From Candidatus Brocadiia bacterium (lineage in GTDB: Bacteria; Planctomycetota; Brocadiia; CAIUPP01), in the NCBI GenBank assembly GCA_050015075.1, contig JBEKCB010000032.1:1-62806 (forward strand): DNA of 62,806 nucleotides, read 5' to 3'. The stretch's first letter is position 1. Each line of letters begins with the position of its first letter. The position numbers were made by a program, and so were the translations under genes. The notes below the pieces were generated by a model. It had not been told where the DNA came from, did no database searches, and saw nothing but the letters and a program-made list of their open reading frames with translations. Positions 9,005 through 17,944 of the stretch are shown here, piece by piece.

Positions 9005-10423
9005 TCACTCGAAAATCTTCCCCGGGTTAAGTATGTCGTTCGGGTCAAGCGCCTTCTTCAGGCGCTTCATCAGGTCGAGCGAGACTTCGCTGACGGAGTA
9101 CCGCATATATTGCTTGCGCTTGTGGCCGATGCCGTGCTCGCCGCTGATGACGCCGCCTAAGTCTTTCGTGACCTGGTACAGGTCGGCCAGGATGCGCGGC
9201 AGCATTTCGTGCCACTGTTCCAGGCTGTGCGCCGGGTTCTTGACGGGGGTGACGTGCAGGTTCCCGTCGCCGGCGTGTCCGTAACAGGGAATCTGGATGT
9301 CGTATTTCCTGGAGAGTCGGTCCAGTTCCGGGATGATCTTCGGGATGCTCGCCACCGGCACGCAGATGTCCTCGAGGCTCTGGTGCGGGCTGATGACCAT
9401 GAACGCCTCGGCGATGTTCCGCCGGACGCTCCAGATGCGCTCCTGCGTGGTGGCGTTGTCCGCGACGTAGACCTCGATGGCGCCGTTCTGCAGGCAGAGT
9501 TCGCCGGTGGCCTCGTATTCCTCCTCGAGCTGCGCGCGGCTGTTGCCGTCGAGCTCGATGAGCAGCATCGCCTCCGCCTGCTCGTACGGGATCCGCTCGT
9601 TGAGGTACTCGCATGAGGCGCGGGCGGAGCGTTTGTCCATGAATTCGATCGCCGTCGGTACCACGCGCGCGCGGGTGATGATCGTCGGCACCATGCGGAT
9701 GGCACTCTCGGCGTCGCGGAAGAGCACGAGCAGGTCCACGACGCGCGTCGGGCGCGGGATCAGTTTGAGGATGATTCTCGTGACGATGCCGAGCGTGCCC
9801 TCGGAGCCGACCATCAGGCCGACCATGTCGTAGCCGGTGACGTTCTTGACGAGCTTGCCGCCGAATTCGGCGATCTCGCCCTCGGGCGTGACGACCTGCA
9901 GGCCCAGCACGTACCGGCCGGTGACGCCGTACTTGACCGCCTTGCCGCCGCCGGCGTTCTCGGCGACGTTGCCGCCGATGAAGCAGCTCTGCAGGCTCAT
10001 CGGATAGCCGGCGAAGAACAGCCCGTACTCCTTGACCGCGGAGTCAATGTCGTTGGTGACGACGCCCGGCTCGACGACGACGACCATGTTGGCCGTGTCA
10101 ATTTCGAGGATGCTGTTCATCCGGTCGAGCGCCAGGACGATGCCGCCGCAGACCGGCACGGCGCCGCCGGAGAGCCCCGTTCCGCCGCCGCGCGGCGTGA
10201 CCGGGATGCGCGCGCGGTTGGCGAGCTTCATGATCGCCGCGATTTCTTCGGCAGTCCGCGGCCGCACGACCGCCTCGGGCATGGCGTGATACTGCTTCTC
10301 GGCGACTTCGTCGTGAGAGAATGGCTCGAGCTGCTCGGCATCGCCGTGGATGACGAACCGCGGGCCGACGATCTCCCGAAGCTGCGCAACGATCTCCGGC
10401 GTTACTCGATTGTACTTCGACAC
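9005..10423 (-). CDS. FAD-linked oxidase GlcD/LctD-type (probable ETF-coupled D-lactate dehydrogenase)
   Basis: PRGGGTGLSGG, IGGNVAENAGG..AVKYGVT, GHAGDGNLH and GEHGIG motifs; downstream of etfBA. Confidence 0.88.
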   Translation of the reverse strand: MSKYNRVTPEIVAQLREIVGPRFVIHGDAEQLEPFSHDEVAEKQYHAMPEAVVRPRTAEEIAAIMKLANRARIPVTPRGGGTGLSGGAVPVCGGIVLALDRMNSILEIDTANMVVVVEPGVVTNDIDSAVKEYGLFFAGYPMSLQSCFIGGNVAENAGGGKAVKYGVTGRYVLGLQVVTPEGEIAEFGGKLVKNVTGYDMVGLMVGSEGTLGIVTRIILKLIPRPTRVVDLLVLFRDAESAIRMVPTIITRARVVPTAIEFMDKRSARASCEYLNERIPYEQAEAMLLIELDGNSRAQLEEEYEATGELCLQNGAIEVYVADNATTQERIWSVRRNIAEAFMVISPHQSLEDICVPVASIPKIIPELDRLSRKYDIQIPCYGHAGDGNLHVTPVKNPAHSLEQWHEMLPRILADLYQVTKDLGGVISGEHGIGHKRKQYMRYSVSEVSLDLMKRLKKALDPNDILNPGKIFE

Positions 10424-10436
10424 GTTTTTACCAAGA

Positions 10437-10525
10437 AAGGAAATTAGGTGATTAGGTGATTAGGAAATTGGGCGACGCATGCTTGCTAAGGCCCAATGAC
10501 CTAATCTCCCAATTTCCCAATCACC
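10437..10525. repeat. Second 8-nt periodic ATT(A/G)GG inverted repeat element
   Basis: aaattagg tgattagg tgattagg aaattggg ... cccaatga cctaatct cccaattt cccaatca; overlaps the last codons of etfA. Confidence 0.78.
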
Positions 10526-11574
10526 GCGCTTTTTCGTCGTCGTTCTTCAATCTTCCGAATCAGCATCGGCAGGACTTCGAAGAGGTCCGCGACGATGCCG
10601 TAATCGGCCACTTTGAGAATCTGCGCGTCCGGGTTGCTGTTGATCGCGATGATGTGCTCGGCGGTCTTGATTCCGGCGAGGTGCTGGATGGAGCCGGAGA
10701 TGCCGGCGCAGAGATACAGCTTCGGCGAAACCGTTTTGCCGCTCAGCCCGACCTGGTGCGGATAGCTGATCCAGGCGCGGTCCACCGCATCGCGCGAGGC
10801 GCCGACGCCGGCGTTCAGCAGGGCGGCGAGCTGGTAGATCAAATCGAAGTTCTCGCGCTGCTTCAGCCCGCGTCCGCCCGAGACGACGACTTCGGCCTCC
10901 TGGATATTCGCGCTGTCGGCCGCGGCCGGCTCGAAGCTCAGCCGGCGCACGCGGCTCGCCAGGAGCTCCGCCGGGACGGACTCGCGGATCACCTTGCCGC
11001 AGCGGGATTCGTCGCGCGCGGCCGCCTTCATGGAGCGCGGCCGGACCGTGGCCATCTGCGGCCGGTGCGAGGGCGACTTGATGGTCGCCATGATGTTGCC
11101 GCCGATGGCGGGGCGGACCTGGAGCAAGTTGCCGGTGTCGGTCTCGATCTCCAGGTGCGTGCAATCGGCCGTCAGTCCCGCACGGCACTTCACCGCGACG
11201 AGCGGCATCAGCGTGCGACCCGTCGTGGTCGCGCCCGCGATGAGGATCTCCGGCTTGTGCTTGCGGATGAGGTGTTCGAGCGCGCGCGCGTAAGGCTCGG
11301 GCAGGAAGTGCTCCAGCGCGGGCGATTCGACCACGATCACCTGGTCGGCGCCTCGGGCGATCAGTTCCTGCAAGCCCGCTTCGCCGGTTTTTCCGAGCAT
11401 CACCGCCGAGAGCGGGACGCCGAGGCGGTCGGCCAGCCCGCGCCCGCGCGCGAGGAGTTCATACGAGATCGGCTGGACGGCGGCAGACCTCTGCTCACCG
11501 AGGATCCAGACGCCCTTGAACTCCTTGTTGCGCTCCGGGCGGACGTCCGAGGGCTTCGCTGCGGAAGCGTTCAT
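10501..11574 (-). CDS. etfA: Electron transfer flavoprotein alpha subunit
   Basis: GLTADCT, PQMATVRP, VSGGRG, QVGLSGKTV.P.LY.CAGISG..QH.AG. Confidence 0.93.
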   Translation of the reverse strand: MNASAAKPSDVRPERNKEFKGVWILGEQRSAAVQPISYELLARGRGLADRLGVPLSAVMLGKTGEAGLQELIARGADQVIVVESPALEHFLPEPYARALEHLIRKHKPEILIAGATTTGRTLMPLVAVKCRAGLTADCTHLEIETDTGNLLQVRPAIGGNIMATIKSPSHRPQMATVRPRSMKAAARDESRCGKVIRESVPAELLASRVRRLSFEPAAADSANIQEAEVVVSGGRGLKQRENFDLIYQLAALLNAGVGASRDAVDRAWISYPHQVGLSGKTVSPKLYLCAGISGSIQHLAGIKTAEHIIAINSNPDAQILKVADYGIVADLFEVLPMLIRKIEERRRKSAVIGKLGD

Positions 11575-12413
11575 GCCGTTCCGTCCGTTTCCGTCTTTCG
11601 CGCTTTCGCGTTTTCGCGGGCGAGCAAATCCAATTTTTCGAGGTACGCGACGAGCCCGTCCACGGCCTTTTCGAGGTCGGCCGGATCTTTCGGCGCGCGG
11701 ATTTCGCCGTCGCGGGCGACGCGAGGCGACTCGATCTTCACCACGCGCGTGGGCGAGCCTTTGAGCCCGATGGACTCCGGCGCGGCGCCGATCTCATCCG
11801 GTCCCCAGACCGGGATCGCAACCTTGCGGGCGCGCTGTTTGCCGCGCAGGGTCGGCATCCGCGGGTACGCGATTTCCTTGACGACGGTGAGAAGGCAGGG
11901 CGTCTGGATTTCGAGCGTCTCGTATCCGTCTTCGACCAGGCGTTTCACCACGACGGAGCTGCCGCGCCATTCCAGGATGGCGCTGACGTACGTCGCGACG
12001 GGGATGTCGAGCCACGCGGCGATGCCCGGCCCGACCTGGCCGGTGTCGCCGTCGGTGGCGCGCTCGCCGCAGAGGATGAGGTCATACGGGCCGATTCGGG
12101 AGATCGCTTTCGAAAGCGCATACGACGTCGCCCACGTGTCGGACCCGGCGAACGCGCGATGGGAGAGCAGCACGCCGTTAGTGCAGCCCATCGCGACGGC
12201 CTCGCGCAGCGCATCCTCCGCCTTCGCGGGACCCATCGAGAGCACGGTCGTCGTGCCTCCGGACTCGGCGAGCTGGATTCCTGTCTCGATGGCGTAGAGG
12301 TCAAGCGGGTTGATGATGCTCTCGACGCCTTCGCGGATCATCGTGCCGGTCTCCGGGTCCATCTTGACCTTGCTGGTTTCCGGGACCTGCTTGATCGGGA
12401 TAATGACGTGCAT
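11571..12413 (-). CDS. etfB: Electron transfer flavoprotein beta subunit
   Basis: IKQVP, INPLD..A.E, FAGSDTWATS, DGDTGQVGP and G..GSPT.V motifs. Confidence 0.93.
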   Translation of the reverse strand: MHVIIPIKQVPETSKVKMDPETGTMIREGVESIINPLDLYAIETGIQLAESGGTTTVLSMGPAKAEDALREAVAMGCTNGVLLSHRAFAGSDTWATSYALSKAISRIGPYDLILCGERATDGDTGQVGPGIAAWLDIPVATYVSAILEWRGSSVVVKRLVEDGYETLEIQTPCLLTVVKEIAYPRMPTLRGKQRARKVAIPVWGPDEIGAAPESIGLKGSPTRVVKIESPRVARDGEIRAPKDPADLEKAVDGLVAYLEKLDLLARENAKARKTETDGTA

Positions 12414-12539
12414 TAGACCCGTCCGGTGGTTTTGTCATAAGCCGCGCTGCTACTGCATGTTACAACGCGCTGGGTTCGTTTTTTCAAATGCCCCTTGCGC
12501 GTCCTATCCTCTTACCCTTCAGCATCTTGCGACATTTAT

Positions 12540-12568
12540 CTTATAACATAATATTTCTGATCTGTCAA
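12540..12568 (-). promoter_or_regulatory. Putative sigma70 promoter for etfB-etfA-lctD
   Basis: Minus strand TTGACA-N17-TATAAG with extended TG, in an AT-rich gap. Confidence 0.6.
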
Positions 12569-12605
12569 GCGTAAACTGCCCTTGTGCGAATAAATTTTCC
12601 AATTT

Positions 12606-13907
12606 TTATTTATGCCCGTACGTCGCGCTGCCGCGGGTGCGGAGGATGAGCATCGGCCCGTCCGGGACGACAGCCCAGCGCGCGCGCTTCTCTCCGAACC
12701 GGGCGAGCAGTTCGGCGACGCCTTTTTCGACGGATTCCACGCAGCGGAAATGATAGCGCTCCAGTTTTTCCCTGGGAACGCCGTCGGTGTAAATCCAGGT
12801 CGGATTCCGGCGCATGACCTGGTACACCTCCTGCGCGCACCACTGGTCCGGGATGAAGAACTCCTTGTCCATCAGCCGCTGGAGGAACCGCGCGGGCGTG
12901 TCCACCATGTTGAAAACTTCCTCGCACTCGGGATTGCCGACGCCTTCGTAGCAGGCCGAGGCGGTGAGGACGATGCCGCCGGTCTTGAGGCCGGGTGTTG
13001 CAGCGACCATGCTCTTGACGGTCTGGTAGAGGTTGCAGTCGGCCGGCGCGCCGGCGTTCGTGGTGACGATGAAATCGAGCGGCTCGTCGAGCGTCCGGAT
13101 GCACTGCGCGGCGAGGAACTCGCAGCCGCGGCGGTGCGCCTCGACGGGATGCCCGGCGAAAATGCCGGTGATCTTCTTCGACAGGCTCAGCGTCACGTTC
13201 ACCATGAAGTCCGCGCCGGTGCGGTTCATGATCTCGAGCGCGGCCTCGTGGAACGGATTGCCTTCGAGGACGCCGTAGGCGACCTTCCCGTGCGCGACCA
13301 TTTCCGGGCCGTGCATGTACTTGACGGTCTCGATGGAGGAAATGCCCGGCAGGATCGCCTTGCGGCCGCCGGAGAAACCCGCCCACATGTGCGGCTCGAT
13401 GAACCCGGTCAGGATTTTCAGGTCGGCGTCGAGGTACTGCCGGTTGACGTACACCGGCACGCCGTCGCCGATCTTGCCGACGAAGGCCATGTCCGCCTCG
13501 CGCTTGCAGAAGTGGTTGACGACGCGGTAATCGCGAACGATTTCCTCGCCGAGCAAATGGACGGCCTCGGCGCCCTCGTTCGGGCGATGGGTGCCCGTCG
13601 CGATCAGGAGGAGGACTTTCTCCCGAGCGATGCCGGCCTCCTCGAGCACCTTCAGTATCGGCGGCAGCAGCGTGGCGTTCGGCACCGGCCGCGTGATGTC
13701 GCTGACGACGATGCAGGCGGTCTTCCTGCCGGCGGCGATCTCCGACAGCGGCAGCGAGCCGATCGGCTCGCGCAGCATTTTGCCGATGGACGCCCTGGGG
13801 TTGCGGAGCACGGGCGCCTTTTCGGGTTCCAGCACGCCGACGAAGCCGGGCGTCTCCGGCAGGTTGACGTTCAGCCCGCGAAAGCCATATTTCAATTTTA
13901 TTTTCAT
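12606..13907 (-). CDS. larA: Nickel-pincer lactate racemase family protein
   Basis: SDITRPVP, ATGTHRP, EPH..AGFSGG.K..LPGI and NLYQT.K motifs. Confidence 0.88.
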   Translation of the reverse strand: MKIKLKYGFRGLNVNLPETPGFVGVLEPEKAPVLRNPRASIGKMLREPIGSLPLSEIAAGRKTACIVVSDITRPVPNATLLPPILKVLEEAGIAREKVLLLIATGTHRPNEGAEAVHLLGEEIVRDYRVVNHFCKREADMAFVGKIGDGVPVYVNRQYLDADLKILTGFIEPHMWAGFSGGRKAILPGISSIETVKYMHGPEMVAHGKVAYGVLEGNPFHEAALEIMNRTGADFMVNVTLSLSKKITGIFAGHPVEAHRRGCEFLAAQCIRTLDEPLDFIVTTNAGAPADCNLYQTVKSMVAATPGLKTGGIVLTASACYEGVGNPECEEVFNMVDTPARFLQRLMDKEFFIPDQWCAQEVYQVMRRNPTWIYTDGVPREKLERYHFRCVESVEKGVAELLARFGEKRARWAVVPDGPMLILRTRGSATYGHK

Positions 13908-14015
13908 GCTGTAATTCTAACGCGAAGGCAACCCGAATCGCAACGTCTCGACGGGACCGGCGCGCGAAAGGCAGTCTTCAGGACGGACGGCTGCGGCAAG
14001 GGACCGCCCTTGCCC

Positions 14016-14083
14016 TGAACATGGATTCGGGCGTTCCGCGATCTCCCGGCTTGGGATTCCAGGTTCGAGTCCTAGATGCTCAG
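14016..14083 (+). pseudogene. Degenerate tRNA-like sequence (Gln-like 3' end)
   Basis: T-arm CCAGG-TTCGAGT-CCTAG; 3' strand ATGCTCA-G pairs 6/7 with TGAACAT at 14016; D and anticodon arms non-canonical. Confidence 0.35.
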
Positions 14084-14159
14084 TTTCTCATTCCGGTCAA
14101 ACCTGGCCTTTGAGATGGTCGTGGCAACCGACGCCAAGGCAGGTCATGCTTCCCGGAAC

Positions 14160-14984
14160 TCAGGGATCACAACCTCTTTTCACATTCTCGGCAAGGATCT
14201 CCCCGGCGCCAGAAAGCCAGATCCTCCAAGCCGGCTCGAAGTCCTTCTGGTCTATCCCTGCCGTCCGGAATACGTCGCCATCAGCGCATGTTGACACTAT
14301 GCGCCGGATGGTATCGCGTCCATAATAGGACCCCATGAACATCACCAGCGTCCAGCCCCAGACATATGCATCCTTTACGGCCTTGCGCGGCAACGGACCA
14401 TCGCCATCGGGCACCACATCAATTTCAACGAGCGCGGGAACGTGATTGGCGGCAACGCAACGACGAACCTCCTCCAATTCCGGCGAGTCGCGCCAATGGT
14501 CGGACAGGTACATCGCAAGCCCCTCGCTCCACCACCGGCGCACCGCCTCGCAGTTGGGAGAGAGGTACTCCTCAACGATATGGGTGGCCTCGTGGGCGAT
14601 CAGCCGGCGGTAGTCTTCCGGCGAATAGGTGTTGTAGTCCTTCTCCCACACGCGAGGCGACAGGACGACCAGATCGGTGCGCTGGGGTAGAGCTATGCGC
14701 GAGGGACGCGACGGCACCTCAATCTCTATTTGGAGCACCTCGCGCACACACCGGTCGAACTCTGGGCGGTTGGGTGTCAGGATTAACCGCACCGGAGGAA
14801 ACGCCTCCGTCAGGCCGAAGTATTCACACAGAGACTTAAGCGCCGCCCCAAGGGCATTGCAAGTTTCCTGGACGAACGGCTCGTCCTCACCCGTGTATTC
14901 CATGAGTAGCTCGGCGAGGCGTATAGTGTGGTACTCAGGGTCGCTTTGGCCTGCTCGGAACTGCGTGTATTCAGGGGACACCAT
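14160..14984 (-). CDS. Putative zinc metallopeptidase (gluzincin / peptidase MA-like)
   Basis: AHEATH HExxH followed by WWSEGLAMY; start 14984 or 14999 lies just after repeat module A. Confidence 0.65.
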   Translation of the reverse strand: MVSPEYTQFRAGQSDPEYHTIRLAELLMEYTGEDEPFVQETCNALGAALKSLCEYFGLTEAFPPVRLILTPNRPEFDRCVREVLQIEIEVPSRPSRIALPQRTDLVVLSPRVWEKDYNTYSPEDYRRLIAHEATHIVEEYLSPNCEAVRRWWSEGLAMYLSDHWRDSPELEEVRRCVAANHVPALVEIDVVPDGDGPLPRKAVKDAYVWGWTLVMFMGSYYGRDTIRRIVSTCADGDVFRTAGIDQKDFEPAWRIWLSGAGEILAENVKRGCDP

Positions 14985-15005
14985 GCTCTCACCATACATA
15001 ATTAA

Positions 15006-15212
15006 TCTGGGTTTCCCATTTGACCGTCCTTCCGAGGACAATCCGCACGCAAACATGAAATTCTACGCTTAGAGTGCCTGCAGTCAATTGCTTTTTCGGT
15101 TGTTCTGGAAAACGATACGCCCACGCGCGTCCTTTGTGCGCCAAATGGGAACAATAAGCCGGAGCGGTTTGTCAACCGACCTATTTGGCCAAGGGTTTGC
15201 TTCAGCCGAACC
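15006..15212 (-). repeat. Repeat module copy A (upstream core, promoter, hairpin, terminal motif)
   Basis: -35 TTGACT 15087-15082, N16, -10 TAGAAT 15065-15060, N16, hairpin 15043-15022, then AAATGGGAAACCCAGA. Confidence 0.8.
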
Positions 15213-15265
15213 TCGCCTCAAAGGCGTTGTCGGCCGGCCGCGTGCTATTCTTCGCCTGCCACGAT

Positions 15266-15826
15266 TCAAGCGCCGCTGGCAGCACTGTATCTTATGGCAT
15301 GCATCTGTCTGGTCATGACCATCCTGCATACGTCCGTCGCAGTGTCGTCCCGGTCGAACCCAAGCGAGCGGAGCAGGTGCTGTCCAAGCAGATTGTCGAC
15401 GGCAACATCGTCGGTCATCAGGCGCCCTCCAACTCGACCAAAGAAAAATGCGAGCAGCGCCAGAATTGCATCTTTCGCATAACCGTGACCACGCTGCGTG
15501 GCAACAACCTTGACATTCAGAACGGCAGATCGTTCCTTCGAATCCCACCGATGAAAGCTAATCTCTCCGATGGGTGTATGATCCTGAGTGAAGATGAGGC
15601 AGTAGCAGTTTGCCGGGCCGCCGGGTGCTACCATATGTGTGAACCACTCTCTTGCCTTCGGCTCAGGGAACTCCACGGGGCCGCCAACCAAGGCCATGGT
15701 CTCCAGATCGCCCCAGAGCGCGCGGATGAAGGATAGCTCATCGAGATGTGGAAGCCTGAGATAGACCTTCCGTCCATGGAGGACTTCATTCGATGCGAGA
15801 TGGTTGCTCGGTCCTGTATCGTTCAT
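15266..15826 (-). CDS. GNAT acetyltransferase (RimJ/RimL-like)
   Basis: V.LR, PIGEISF, QRGHGYAKDAI and N.....L.SLGF motifs. Confidence 0.85.
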   Translation of the reverse strand: MNDTGPSNHLASNEVLHGRKVYLRLPHLDELSFIRALWGDLETMALVGGPVEFPEPKAREWFTHMVAPGGPANCYCLIFTQDHTPIGEISFHRWDSKERSAVLNVKVVATQRGHGYAKDAILALLAFFFGRVGGRLMTDDVAVDNLLGQHLLRSLGFDRDDTATDVCRMVMTRQMHAIRYSAASGA

Positions 15827-15833
15827 GTTTCAG

Positions 15834-15985
15834 CCGGGATTTGCCATTTGACCGTTCTCGAAAGTACAGTCTGCATTCGAAAATCAGATTGTACGCTGAA
15901 GGCGCTCGGTGTCAAGCGGTTTCACGGCCTTCAGGAAAGCGGCACGCCCAGGAGTTGCCCTCGCGCGTTTGATTGGAAGAAATGT
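15834..15985 (-). repeat. Repeat module copy E
   Basis: -35 TTGACA 15915-15910, N16, -10 TACAAT 15893-15888, N16, TTCG-loop hairpin 15871-15850, then AAATGGCAAATCCCGG; GNAT ATG follows within 10 nt. Confidence 0.8.
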
Positions 15986-16029
15986 GTCGGTCAAAGACGC
16001 GGTTGCAAGGGCTGCATAATGCCTGATAC

Positions 16030-16200
16030 AAATCTTCGGGGAATTGTCCGTCAAAATATGCGTAAGCCGATATTCTGTAATAGGATACGCCCGCGCGCGT
16101 TCCTCGCGCGCCTGACTGGAACGAGAAGCCGAAGTGGTTTATCGTGGGACCTATTTGGGCACGCCCTCGCTCCCGTCGAACGTCGCCGTCCTGATGATCG
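16030..16200 (-). repeat. Repeat module copy B (promoter decayed, no gene attached)
   Basis: Core aligns without gaps to copy A over about 110 nt; TTGACG at 16054-16049 but no good -10, hairpin or terminal motif. Confidence 0.7.
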
Positions 16201-16247
16201 CCTCGAAGAGGCAAAAGAGAGAGAACTTCCGCTGTTATCTCCTGATC

Positions 16248-16487
16248 CTACCGGGTCTGGAAGACCAGAAGATACGGAACAGCCTTGTGCCCGTCGGTGT
16301 CCGTGAAGCTGGTGTATGGCGGGGAGTTGAGCCAGATAACGTACGTCTTCTTCGGCTCAAGCTTGACGTCCACCCCACAGGTCTTCTTGTCCTCCAGATA
16401 CCTGGGCTTCCCTACGATCTGGGGGAATGTGTCCTTCGATATCTGCACCCAGGCCCAATTCCCGTCCGTCATCGGCTTGCTGAATAT
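16248..16487 (-). pseudogene. 5'-truncated Ig-like (Big/SbsA-like) domain fragment
   Basis: FSKPMTDGNWAW...GKPRY..DKKTC.V.VKLEPKKTY.IWLNS...PYLLVFQT; lacks an N-terminus and begins right after the -10 of module C. Confidence 0.55.
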
Positions 16488-16620
16488 AGATTTTACGCTC
16501 AAATTCGTAGCGGTCAAGAGGTTCCCCGGCTCTCCTGGAAAACGACATGCCCACGCGCCCCTCGCGCGCCTGACGAGAATAATTGAGCTGAGGTGTTTGC
16601 CGAATGGCCGATGTGGCCGG
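16488..16620 (-). repeat. Repeat module copy C
   Basis: -35 TTGACC 16517-16512, N16, -10 TAAAAT 16495-16490; core CTCCTGGAAAACGACATGCCCACGCGC on the plus strand; hairpin and terminal motif absent. Confidence 0.75.
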
Positions 16621-16681
16621 CCGTGGTTGAAGCGGATTCCGCGCTGGGACGGCGCTGGAGAGATCGCCGACGAATCGCCGG

Positions 16682-17944
16682 TCAACGCGGCGACGCCGCC
16701 GGCTCGGCTTCGACGACGACGCGGAATTTCTGGCCGGCGTAGCCCTTCTCCGTGATGAACTCATGCGTGCCGATGGACCATTGCGGCTGGAGAATGCCCC
16801 GGCCGCTGCGCTGGACCTGGGCGGCGTCGCCGGCGGGCGGCGGGTAATACGGGTCCGTTTCGCTGTGGCGCGCGTTGTACATGCCGCGGTCGCCGGTGAT
16901 TTCCCACCAGCAACTGGGCATGTCGTACAGCCCCCAGGCATTCGGCTGCCGCGATTTTACCGTCAGCGGCGCCTTGAAACCGCCGTCGCCGCCGCTGAAC
17001 TGGTCCTTGTACTTCTCCTGGAAGCCGGGGTTTGAGGTGCCGACGCGGGCGACGTATTCCCACTCGGCGTCGGTCGGCAGGCGGACCTTCCGCGAGTTTT
17101 TCTCCGAGAGCCGCTTGCAGAATTCCTCGATGTCGGCGAAACGCGGATCCTGGACCGGAAGCTGCGGGTCCTTGACCGTGCTGGGATTGACGCCCATGAC
17201 CGCCTGGTATATTTCTTGCGTCACCGGAATTTCGGCCATGTAGAACGGGCGCGTCAGCGTCACGGCGTGCGGATACTCTTCCACGAAATACGGCCACATG
17301 TAGAACGGCGTGCCCATCAGAAATTTCCCGGGCGGGATGCACACGCACTTCAGCGTCAGCCTGTCGGTGATGCGGAGGATCAGCGGCTCGCGGCCGGGCC
17401 GGACGAAAGGAACGTCCGGCGCGAGCATTCTGTCCGGGTACTTGAGGTGGGCCGGCTCGATCCGGGCGGCGGTGAGCCACCGCTTGCCGTCCTTCAGGGC
17501 GACGACGCCGGTCACGGCGCTGGCTGTGGCGGGCATGCAGTAATGGTTCGGCGGGCGGTTCTTGTCGTCCTTCAGGGCGGGGCTGTCGCGAGGGATGTAG
17601 TACTTCAACCGAGCGGTGAACTGGTCCATCAGCTCTTGCGCGGCATCGGCGTCGAGGCCCTTGTCCGGGTAGAATTTGGCCATGATTTTCTCCACCTCGG
17701 CCCGGACTTCCGGCGTGCCGTCAATGGCATAGAGGACCAGGAGATGATCGTCGGGCTTGGGATCGGCGATGCAGGCGCCGTTGCAGACCAGGCTGCCCTT
17801 GAGCGTGACCTCAACGCCGCCCGGCAGCGCTTCCGCCGCGGGAGCGCTTCGCGCCCAAACGGCGCAGCCGAGCGCGGCGAGAACCACCGTCCAAGCACAG
17901 GCCTTCGCAAGCACGTTCGGCTCTTGCAAGCCGGAATTTCCCAT
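16682..17944 (-). CDS. Secreted FGE-sulfatase (SUMF1/EgtB/PvdO) domain protein
   Basis: IPPG.F.MG, RLPTDAEWEYVAR and PNAWGLYDM motifs; hydrophobic signal-like N-terminus; start uncertain (ATG 17944 or a nearby GTG). Confidence 0.8.
   Translation of the reverse strand: MGNSGLQEPNVLAKACAWTVVLAALGCAVWARSAPAAEALPGGVEVTLKGSLVCNGACIADPKPDDHLLVLYAIDGTPEVRAEVEKIMAKFYPDKGLDADAAQELMDQFTARLKYYIPRDSPALKDDKNRPPNHYCMPATASAVTGVVALKDGKRWLTAARIEPAHLKYPDRMLAPDVPFVRPGREPLILRITDRLTLKCVCIPPGKFLMGTPFYMWPYFVEEYPHAVTLTRPFYMAEIPVTQEIYQAVMGVNPSTVKDPQLPVQDPRFADIEEFCKRLSEKNSRKVRLPTDAEWEYVARVGTSNPGFQEKYKDQFSGGDGGFKAPLTVKSRQPNAWGLYDMPSCWWEITGDRGMYNARHSETDPYYPPPAGDAAQVQRSGRGILQPQWSIGTHEFITEKGYAGQKFRVVVEAEPAASPR

Noticed and set aside
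12541-12568. dif site (minus strand ATATTATGTTATAA resembles the XerD arm)
   Set aside because: The XerC arm does not match, and the sequence is explained as a -35/-10 promoter.
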